Assembly (NCBI GenBank): GCA_019057815.1
Contig: JAHLWR010000006.1
Span: 96,001 to 160,000 of the forward strand
Reading direction: 5' to 3'
Source of the DNA: Candidatus Heimdallarchaeota archaeon
GTDB taxonomy: Archaea > Asgardarchaeota > Heimdallarchaeia > Heimdallarchaeales > Heimdallarchaeaceae
DNA length: 64,000 nucleotides
The translations under genes and the position numbers were made by a program. The notes under the pieces are model-generated. The model was given only the letters and a program-made list of their open reading frames with translations, searched no databases and was not told where the DNA came from. Positions 51,801 to 63,800 of the stretch are shown one piece after another. Each line of letters opens with the position of its first letter. The stretch's first letter is position 1.

Positions 51801-54800
51801 ATAACATCAATTTGTTCATAAGTTATTGTTGTCTTATGTGTTTCAGAATTATAATGATATGTAGGAATAAGCTTCTTACCTGCTATGAACGCATCTTTAC
51901 CTTGTTTTTCTCCATGATATTTTTGGTCATCGGTTTTTTCAAACAACCATTTCAAGGATTCTGTTGTAACTCTTCCTGTACCATCTACTTCGAAAGAAGG
52001 AATAATATCAGTAACTTTACCATTTTCATCAACTACAGCTCTCAACCAAGGACTTATCAAATCGTTTGAAGGCAAATCTTTTTCCGCACGATCGTGAATT
52101 GTATGTTCGACTTTTTCCATCATTTGTTGTTTTAGAAGTGGTTCTTGTAAGACCATCATATCTCTGTAGAAAGTTGATGCAAAATGTATCTTTTCTTTAG
52201 AACCAGTATGTTCGAATCTGAACTCATAATAAAGGTTCATCATTTCCTGTACTAGGTTTCTAAAACCTATCTTATATATATCATTAGTATTGTATTTTTT
52301 ACTTTTTTTAACCCATTCAATAAAATCTTTATATCCAGCTTGTTCTGATTCCACCCATTTTCCAAACTCCTTCATAGAGACTTTCTGACCAACATTGTTT
52401 AGAAAGTCGTCAGTGATTACTTGTTCGAGATCTTGAGCTTTTTTAATAATGTATAACATATCAAAGAGAGGGGTATTTTCATAATCCTCTGCAGAAGACC
52501 ATTTTATGAAATTATTAACAGGAACATTTCCAGGTATTATTTTATCAAGAGGAATTAGAACCCTACCATCACTTGTAGTTATGAAAGAAGATTGTTTAGA
52601 TGTAGTATCTTTCATTATCCAAATATTTAGAAGTTCATCTTCTGGCTTTGTTCCTGAATCTTCCCAATACCTTTCATGTGCAGACATCCACTCTTTCGTA
52701 ATGTCTCCCTTTTTAACAGTATCTCGAAGCTCTTGAATATACGTTTCGTCATAGATTATTCCACGTGAGGTTACACTTCTAAGATACTGTAGATAGAAGT
52801 TCAGTCTTTCTCTTTCACAAATAGACTCTTTAAAAAGTTCTTTATAAGTAGGCCTTTTTGGTTCACTTTCATCTACAGGATTAACTTTATAGTTTTCTAT
52901 TTCAATACTGCCATCTGTAGGAACATCTGTATTCAAACTAAATTTATAATTAGGTGGTGGTACGTAATGATCCCAATCTTCAATTTCTATACCAAGAGTG
53001 GGCAAGATACTTTCTAGTTCACTTATATCTTGGAGATCATACATCCATTCCATGACATTATGGAACCAGAAAGTATGACCAAATGATTGACCTAATTTCC
53101 AAGCATTATTTCCTCTTAATTTCTGAGGATCCATTCCTGAAACTATTCTCGCTAGTTTTGTCTTGCTCAATGGACGCATCTTGCAGAAAAGTTGTAATCC
53201 AGTCATAACAAGAGCTTCAGGAAGTCCCATTACCCCTCCTAAAACTTTTTGATAAAGCATTTGAGGGAGAAATATACCCCAATTAAGAAATTGCATTACT
53301 GCACTGGCTGTTAGAAGGGAGTAGAGTTTCCTATTTCTAATGGTTTTTTGAATATTCTTGTTGTTTTCCCAAACATCAGAAATAGTTTCGAATCCATCTC
53401 TCACTATCTTCCTTTGGGGATGAACAGGAACAGAAAGTTTAGGAGACAAACCTAAATCTTTCATATCCTCAGTAACTTGACCCATGTATTTCCTCCATGC
53501 TTGTCCATCTTTCAGCTGTTGTTGTAAGACGTTTTGAGCTTCTGCAATTGGATCAGGACCACGACTGACTAATGCAGCAATATCTCCAGGTATTTGAGCC
53601 ATAGCAAGTCTTCGATAAAAATCATCAGGATCAAGGAACATATCTCTGATATCTTGCCATAAAGCAATAATGTCGAATTTAGCTAGAAACATTTCCATTA
53701 CTCCCATAAAAGTAGACTCTCCCATTCCAAGACCAAAACCTCCGGGAAGTATGGCATTATCACTTAATCCCATAAACCACTCATAATGCCAAGTAGAGTC
53801 AGGATTTGATTCATCATCATAAACTTTGTAAATGACTATATCAGATTCTCTTACTGTTCCATCGGGAAGATAATTAGAGGAATTGTTCTTGGTGAAAGGA
53901 ACATAAATAGAACTTGTATTAGCGCCAACAGTTTCACTAATGGAAACCACAAATCCAAGATTGCGTAAAAGTTCAGCTGCTGCTGCAACACGCGTATCAT
54001 TACTCTCCCAATGTTCGTCATCATAAAAACCGATTTCATAATTGCCATTACCTTGTTCTTTTTGAACATACAATCGTGCAAAATTAACTAAAAGAGCCAT
54101 AAAGGCGTTTTCTTCTCCCACTTGCCATTCATGAGAACCAAAATGTTCGTCAACAAATTCAACGTTATGAGCTCTATAATTTAAATGTAATAGTTCATCA
54201 GTATTGGAATTAACAAATGGATATTCATAAACACTTGAACCCCCAGTACATCCCCCGATCGTCAAAACCCAAAACAGTAGAAAAGTAAATTTTCTAAGTA
54301 TAGCTAGTTGAGTATCAGCATCACCGGACATAGATTTAACACCTGCTTTAGCCCATCCAGCAATGGCTTTCCAAGCAATAGTTAATTTCTTCCAAATATT
54401 CTGGAAGAATCCAGAAACACTCTGCCAAGAACGTTCGGCTACACCTTTCAAATAAGCCATTTTATTGTTGAAACTGAGTTCATGGGAGAACAAAACATTA
54501 AATGTTGTTGTAATGAACTTCCAAGCATCAGAGAACCAAGCAACTATTTTATCAATCATCACTTGGAATTGGTAAGTTAGCCCCTCAGCTATGAAATTAG
54601 GATAATTGAGCATATCAAGAACGATCATCCCTACAAAGAGAGCTCCTTCAATCCACAGACCTATAACAAAAGCACTACCTATCATCCCCATAAATGGTAA
54701 CCCAACAGTTGCTAAGTATGGACATACAACAAATCCTACAAGATAAGTAACAAACATTAATCCTGCCATAATCGCATAAGCATCCTTATGTTCCCAAATG

Positions 54801-57800
54801 TTCTGCCAGAAGGTGCTATTAGGAGTGAATAATTCATTAAAGATGAATTTAAAGGCGTTAAAAACTTGTTTTATAGGACAAAGGACTTCTCGTTGAATAA
54901 AATCATGTAATTGTCTATAAAGAGACTTACTTAAAGCTATGAAAGCACCGAAATAGTCGATACTTGTAAGATATTCACTGAGTGTTATACAAGCTTTTGA
55001 TAGAGTTTGTGATGGAGAAAGTGGTCGTGAATCAACATCGTCTACAGTGATATCAGTAATAATAAACAAACCAGTGGAGCTTAATATAGCATCTCCATAA
55101 GAGGATGAGACAGATATTGAAGCTTTACCTATTTCATAAGCGAGAGCATTGCTCCCATATAGAATATGTAGTTGTTTAGTAAGCAAATTTATAGTTATAA
55201 CTCTATTATGGAGAGTTATTCGCATCTGAGAGCCGGAAAAATCAGTGAAGGAGCCATTTTTAATGGTAATTGTAAAACTATCCTTAATTCCCAAATGAAC
55301 ATGTTGCTTGCCTACATCCCAAATTTCAATATCTACAACATTTTGTAGTTCAATATTCATACTGCTTCCAATACTTTGAATATTGAAATCACTTTCTTGA
55401 AGTGTTAAAACGTTAGAGCTTTCGCCCGTAATAGTATTAACAGCTTGAGAAACAAAAATCTCAGTATAACCTAAAATATGTGAATTGTAAGTAGAAGATT
55501 CTAACCCTAAACTCTTCATTTTCGCTAAAGAGTTAGTTTCAAGACCACAAGGAGCAGTGGATTGAACTTCTACCTTCTGAATATATATCTCTTGAGCTTC
55601 ATGATTGGTGGATTGATCATAAATAATTGCTGCAACTACATATCCAACCTTATCAGTATCATCATAATCAGCGACACCTATCCACACCATTCTTGTAACA
55701 TGAAACATGAAACCATCGTAATTGACACTGGAATAGAGATAATCTTTAGAAGTATAAGGTCGTCTAGCAACGTCTGTAGTAGAAGAATAGGGGATGTTTA
55801 ATCCGCCTTTATATTCATCTAGAACTAGATATAACCTGTTTTGTGAGAGTTTTTCAGAAAGGTCCAGACTATAATCGGTAGGACCAGCAAAGGGTATAAT
55901 AGCATCAGTTAATCCTTCAATAGATATAGAGAAGTTGAGAGTTTCACTATTAATTCTATTTAGGAAGAAACTGAAAGAATGGAAACCCTTTCTATGCCAA
56001 GAAGTATTGAAAGTATCTCCAAGATAGGAATCATAAATAGAATAAGGTTCTCCCATTATTTCAAGTTTGAATTTATCATTAGTATCTGTAATAGGAAGCA
56101 AAGTATCAAAAGAAGTACCATTATATGCTGTGGGATAATGAATAGCGACACCATCAACAAAAATAGCAGCAAGTTGATCAATATTTAAGTTAGAATGTAG
56201 TATAAATGAGTAAGGATCAACTATATCAGCTAAAAGGTAGAGATAGAAGGTACATAAAATTTGAGAGTTGTTATCATATTCTTCGATATCTCCAAGAGAC
56301 ATAATATTCCCATATTCGTTGATTTTAGAGCGCTCAAAATATACTTCTGCTTTTGAAACATTGTTAACTAATATATCTCCAGGAAGAGGAACAGCTCGTT
56401 GTAAGAAATCATAAATTCCAAAAGACATAGAATTATTATCATAGAAATTGATCCATGGAGAACCATTGGGTGCCCATTCTCCTTCCATATCAATCCAAGT
56501 ACTAGGTGTAGAGACAACATATTCTGGTATGAAAGTGTTATTTAGTTCATCTCTCTGTAGTTCAATTGAGTTTAATTGAGGGAGAAAGACATGGTCAAGA
56601 ATAACATCTACTTGGAAGAATAGAGTGGTATCAAGAGAGATATTCTGCATACCATGATTCATGACTCTGAAGATAAACCTGGATAACCCACCATAGACAT
56701 GAATTGGAAGAATATGTATTACACTATCATATTCTCCCAGAATAGGTGGTTGATAAGAATACATCGTTGGGATAAGTAGTTCAAATTCCATATTAGTATT
56801 AATGACAAGTGAACCATAACATTCAGAGACAGTTTTAGTCGTGAACGAAAGATAGAAGGAAGTATCGTTTCCAGGATAAATATTGAATAAATCAGTGAAA
56901 TCAATTCTTCCAAGATTATTTGCAGAAATCTCCTTCCAATGTGAAGCAACAGGCATAGATACGCTCTCTAAATCTTCTGAAGGCCAAACAGCTGCAGGAG
57001 GAACATAGAGAGCAAAATTATCAACAAAAATAGAAGAACCAGTATTTGCTGTAATAGAGAGAGGGTAACTTCCAAAAGAGGTATATTTAGCAATGGTATA
57101 ACAATTCTTAACTAAAGCCATGGGTTCTGATGCATCTAATTCTGTAAGGAGATCAATTAATTTAGATTCTCCAACAGGAAGATATTCAACATATTGAAGA
57201 TAAGTGGTAAAAAGAGATTGATAATGGTGCCAAGAATCATCATCAACGATAGTATCATAGATTCTTACGAGTTGATAATCATTAAAACCTTCAGTGTAAA
57301 TTTGCTTATCTAATGAGCTATCTCCTGAAAGAACAAGTTCAATTAAGAGATTCCTTGAATCGTAGTTATAATCATTAATATACATAGCTAGAGTAGGAAT
57401 AGAGATAATAATACTGTCCCCATTTGGGATCTTGTAGTAAATCTCTAATGCTGTAGCTGGTTTGATGTCAAGAATGAAATCACAATAATTATCACCGTTG
57501 AATAACTCTGTTACATTCCCCATTGTTTCATCATTTACAATTGAGATAATATACTCTTCAGGTGAATTGAAATCTATTTTATATATAGAATCGATTAACT
57601 CATCTACATCTTCATCAGGAGCTGTATACAACCAGTCGGTTATTGGTATAGACTCTCCTAAAGCCAACCTATCGAGTTCAATAAGGTTATCAAAATGTAA
57701 AGTATACAAATGTAACCCTACAGTATCAAAATTTTGTAAACTTATTAATATTGGATGGAAACTTGCCATAGGTGAATATTTAACCATTTTTTCACCTATT

Positions 57801-60800
57801 AATTGTCCATCACCATAGACAGTTATCTTTGTAGGACCTAGTAAGGGGTTGGCAAAAACTTGTAAATAACATGTAGTATTAGAATACTCATTAGAGAAGA
57901 GGGGTTCATTAAGTTGGGTGTCATATACCCAATTATCCATATTACAAGTGGTGAAATAACTATTAAGAGTATCAATAATAACTTCTGCTAGAAAGAGCAT
58001 TCCTTTAGTAGCAGATATTTCAATATCGTAGAGATATCCTTCAATAAGGGTAGTATTTTCAGTGAAAGACCAACTTATAGGTTCTTGTGAGTTTTTGGTC
58101 GTGTCGATAATTGTTAATTCTTGATGTGTTTGATTGAAAGAATAAGATAGATCGTAAAAATGCTCATTTAAAAAGATAAAATCTAAGTAACTATTATTGA
58201 AATAGAGATAATTATCAATAATAGAGATGTTGAACAGATTTAAACTATTATAAGAACTAATAAAACTTGCATCAGTGGTACCGTTCATAAGGAATAGAGC
58301 ATTAAAAATATTAAGTGTTGCATTATACATGGTGTAAGTAGAAGAGATAGAGCTCTCATCTAGTAATAAGGAATATTTGCTATCACCTTTCAACCAGTAA
58401 GAAACTTCTCCAGCACCCCATAGTCCTCTACCATAAGCGTAGACCAAGTCACTTGCTTGCATTTTTCCATTTGAAATGTAATCAATATATGCTAAACTAT
58501 TAACAGTTGAAATGGATAATCTTACATCTGCAACAGAATCCATACCAAACATGCCTGTATAATACTTAGTTTCCCGATGTTCATAATCACCGGCTTTCCA
58601 GACAGTAAAAATCACATCTCCGTGATTTACACTAACAGCAACAAAATAGGGTTTATCATATTCGTTAGGATTAATCTCATAAAAGGCATCAACGGTTCTG
58701 TAACCAAAGAAATCTAAACTATAAAGATGATCATCAACATAAGTTCCCCATCCATATCTACTGAAAATAATTTCCCTTTCTTGACCAAGGTTATTTTCAA
58801 TAGCAATCTTGATGTATTTTTCTTTGTCGAAGGAAACAATATTTTGTTGAGGGTTAAGGATTGAAATTATAAAGTTTGTATCGGTATTATCTTGATAAGG
58901 TGTTTCAATAGTTCCATCTAACCACAATCCATCACTTGAAACATGGCTTGAGCCACTATTAAGGTTGACATAATCTCCTGAATCGTTAGCTAAAAGGGGT
59001 GAGATAGAAAGGTAATTGTAAGTGAAATTAGTATTGTTAGCATACAAACCTATTTGTCCTTTACTTCGCATGTCGTAATCTATTTTACTATTATCACCGA
59101 ACCAACCATTATGACACTCATATATTCCATCGTCCAAATATTGAATTTCTAATAATTCTTCAATACCATATCTGGGATAAGTTCTATAAGTCTTAGCGAA
59201 GATATTTAGACTTATTCCTGTTTCTGAAAAAGTTTTAACAATTGTAAGTTTTAAGGGAACTATTATATCTTTATTACCATCAAACGAATTACCAAGTTTA
59301 GTTATTTCATTTAGATACAGGATATCATAAGATGAATCAGAATAATATCTTGCAACGATTAATGACACAGGATAAGTCCAATCATCATAACTGTAGCCTT
59401 TTACAGTAAAACCGACGAAAATGGAATCAAAGAACAAGTTATCTGGATCGCTTTCAGGAATATTAATCATTATTCCTGCTGTAGAATTGTAATAATTCCT
59501 CGGATATACCCCCATTTCAAGTTGTATAACACAATCACCGTAGCTTTGAGTGTTAAGATAAGCAGAAGAATAACCCGTTGAACTATTTTGAACAAGAACA
59601 TAATCATTATTCGAATACATAAAATCACCATAAGTTGGGACGAAGTTATGGTCATATTCTAATTTATCAGGTTCATCAAAATTAAAGATATGTGGAGAAG
59701 TGTCTATATTTTCAGTGATAAAAGATATTTCATCAATAGAAACCATCATGGTTTCATTCACCACAATAGAATATCCACTAATTTGTTGAATGTCATATTT
59801 ATTCAATTCAATTACATCACTAGTAACAAAAGAGATATTTTGACTTTCAATCTCGAAAATAACCTTATCGGAAGTGCCAACAAACATGAATTTGTAAGGA
59901 TTAGTAAAACTGAACTCTTTTTCAAGTTTAATGGGACCTCTTAAAAGAAGATTACCGAAAATTACGTCATCATCGGTAGGGGGTATAAAGACTTTATCTA
60001 ACAAACACATGAATATAGTGATATCCGTTTGAGCCATGAATCCATAACCATATCCAATGAACGTAGAAAGCCAATTTTCGTAGAACATTAGAGGATTAGT
60101 GATTATTAAGTCTCCATGTTCAGTTTCATTGTATTCGACTCCTTCAAGATTGACATATCCTCCTACCCATTCTCCTATTGATGATGGAAGACTTGAAGCA
60201 TTAACTAACCAAGTAGCTTCATATTGATCCATACCTATATCCATACCAAACGAACTAATGTTAATCGCTACAGAACCACCTATTTGTGCAGAATCAATTA
60301 GTCTCCCGCTAAATTTCTTATAATCATCATATGTTAGTAAATGAAGCGAACCGTCCTCATCAACTCCTCTCATAAAGGGTTCTGTACCTACCCATAGCAA
60401 GTAGTTTCCTACATATTGCCATTCTTCCAAAAGAGTTGTAATAAAAGGTCTTCCAAAATGGTCATAGATGTAATATTCTTCTATTAGTTTTGTAGGAATC
60501 TCATCAAAAATAGTAAGAATAACTTGTTTATTAATATTAATCGAATTATTAAACCACTGGATAAATTCTGGATCGTCAGAGTCGAAAGAAATAACTGGGA
60601 CTTCATAAAGTGATTGGATCATTGTAACAAAATCTTGTTCTTCAGCATATCTTTCAGGTGTGCAATGACTTCCAAGCAAAAACGTCAAAATAGTATTAGT
60701 ACTATAGTGCACTCCAACATCTGCTATTGAGTCAACGGTTGATACAACAGAAGAATCGTCGTAATGGAGGTAATTATATCCATAGATTTTGTATATCATA

Positions 60801-63800
60801 AAGTTGCGTAGAAAGATTTTACACGGAGATGTAACCTTAATTGTTATTTCCCCTAAGAGATTATTTGTGAAGGGATAAAGGATCTCGTAAAGATTTTTCT
60901 TAATTGAAACAAAACCTAATGTAGTATCAATATTTGGAGTTATATCAAATGTCATGTTTTCGATAACAAGATAAATTGTTCCTTCAGGGAATTTTTCCTC
61001 TGTCATAATATCAAAGGAGAAAAAGGGATAATTGCTTACATTAAGAGGAGGGATATGCAAAGTTGCTTGGCAAGTTTGTGTAGTTGTGTGATCAATAATC
61101 ATAAGATTGTTGGAAAATTGAATTTCCATTCCAGATGCTGTCCAAAGTGAACTACTAAGTGTTTGTTGAGATAGAAAAATCTCTTTTGTCCACACAGACT
61201 CATCCCATCCAGTAGGAGAAAGATAGCCTTCGAACTCTTCTTCCCATCCAAACATATCAGAAGAATAAACATAATCCTCTTCAGCCTCTGCCCATGATTG
61301 AGGATAGCCTGTTTCCAACATGTAAAGACTGATGGGGATCATTCTATCAATACATATTATTACCTCAAACAATCCATTGTACCCTATAATCATTAATGAA
61401 TGAGTGTAAGTGTCAATATCATTATCCAAGAAAATTATGCCACCAACAAAATAAGCACTATTGATATCAAAAGACTCTCCAATAGGTAGCAAATAGACTA
61501 ACAACTGTAACCTTTCTGTGATATTTTCAAAAGAATAATAGTTTGACAGTGCAGTTATGCTTAATTTTGTTTCTTCCTCTATCCACATATCATAAGAAGC
61601 AATAAAGTTTTGTTCTGTGGGTATTTCCCTACTTAATAATCCTGTCTCATCTTGTTGAGCAGTATTAATCATGATATTACTGATGATAAATTCGTTAGGT
61701 GTAATTATTCCAGTATAAGGAGCAGCTTGAGTGATTCGTAATCCGAAAATGTCAGAATGTAATGAAGGAAGAGATTCTAAATCATAATCAAATGTTTCTG
61801 ATACAGGTATGAAATAATCTCCTCTACAAATCGCAAAAAGAAGATTATCTCCCTTTCTAGCAAACCTAAACCATTTATTTACCTCTGTTATACCATCATC
61901 CTCGTAAGATAAGACAAGTTTGTCATATAGATAGATATCAACTTGTAAAGTGTCATTAAACACCATTAATATCGTAAATACTGTTTGATAAGAATTATCT
62001 AAGAGTTCAATTTTTAAAATCCCAATATTATTATATTCAAGATCGACTAAGGGTTTAAAAGATAGGATAAAATCTTCGACACATATAATATCTTTGAAAT
62101 AGCTTCTACCTCTAAGTCCTTCTGAAGGAGTGTTGAAATTGAATAGAGTTTTAAGTCCTCCAGAATGAGAAAAGGGAACATCATCTGTTGATGTTTCACC
62201 ATAGGTATGAGTTGAAAAGTCATCCATAATTACAAAATCAGTTTCATATATTCTTGGAACAAATTCTGCAACAGTTATTGGAGGAACAGGGTTAGAAACA
62301 GGCATATTTCTTGCATTAAGATAAATTGCATCAATTAACATCGTATGAGCCGTGTAACTTTTAGCTAATTGTTTGAGTTTTATTCTATCAATATTAATAT
62401 TTTCTATTTCATTAGTATATTCGAATATTTTATTGAGTTGATTAGAGGAAATATCGCTGTATATGGAAAGAGTATTCCCTATTCGTTCAATACGAAAAAC
62501 GTTTTGATCAAGTTTTTGACTTGTAACGTATGTATCTTGTTTAATTCCATCAATTAATAAAATGATTTCTATACTACTTTGAGATGTGGATATTATATCT
62601 AGTTGGAATAAATTGTGATGACGGATGGAATTTTCTAATACTAAAGATATTATTCCTTCCGAACCATCAAGTAGAAAAGATAATCTTATATCAAAATAGA
62701 AATCTCTCTGGAACGAGTGTTTGTAAGAGTAAGTGTTGCCATACCAATTACTTTTGTTCACTCCAAAATCAGTTAGAAGTTTTGTTCCATCGATAAGTGA
62801 ATAACTGTTAGTATAATATCCAATACCATTTACATCCCAATTCAAGGTTTGAAAATGGTCATTAATAATGATATGTCCATCAGACCAAGGAGATAAATAA
62901 GCATTAGCAGCAGAGTCACTAAAAACAACATTCCCAAAGGCGAAGGTAATAGGATTATTAGAAGGGTTTGTGGTAATCTCAAGTTTAATATTGTTTATTG
63001 CCTCACTGTTTGAACTTATTGAAATCATGGGTTCAAGCGAATATAAATGCAAAATGTCCGAATATAGCACAACAGATGTTCCACTTTTTGTTATTCGTAG
63101 TGTATTGTAATTTAATATAGTTTTATCAAGAGTAATGGTACTTGTATCAGTATTAGACTCTAAAGTGAATATCATATTTGTTCCACTAAAAACAACTGTA
63201 AGTTTAAGTGTTTCATCATTTAATAAAAGCCTAAATTGTCCAGTATTTAAGTTGGCAATAGCACTCATTAATATATCAATTGTGAAATCGGTATCAGAGG
63301 CATTAAGATTTCTAGTAAATGTTACATTTGCTGTAGTAAGTGAAGGATTAGTGGGAATAATATATAATAAGTCATCTTTATTGCTAATTGAAAAATCTGT
63401 TTCTGCACAGTTTGTATATGTTTCTTCCCATATACCTGATAACCATGCTGGATAAAGATCATCGTTGAATATTGTATTAATGGAAGATGTTTCATAACCC
63501 ATCTTATAATAATATTCGTCAATTATAAGATCGTTAACATAAGCATCGATATAAGGAGTATTCTCATAAGCTGTTTGTTTAAGTTTTATTTCATCGAAGA
63601 TAAGTTCACTAAAAGATAAATCTATAGTAACCAAATCACTCCATGAATCCCTATCATAAAGACTTATTTTACAATCATATTCTTCTTTTACTATCCTGAC
63701 AACATAGTTTAGTATTTTGTTCTCTATTATGTTTTGATAAACGATGGTTTCACCGTGATGTATCATAAGATATGTAGCTTTTGAATTCTCATCAGCATCC

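Noticed and set aside
685-63522. Many 60-140 aa ORFs antisense to or inside long genes (e.g. 7779-8093, 14527-14901, 45329-45745, 57498-57818)
   Set aside because: Shadow ORFs of well-supported genes with Ser/Phe/Ile-rich antisense composition
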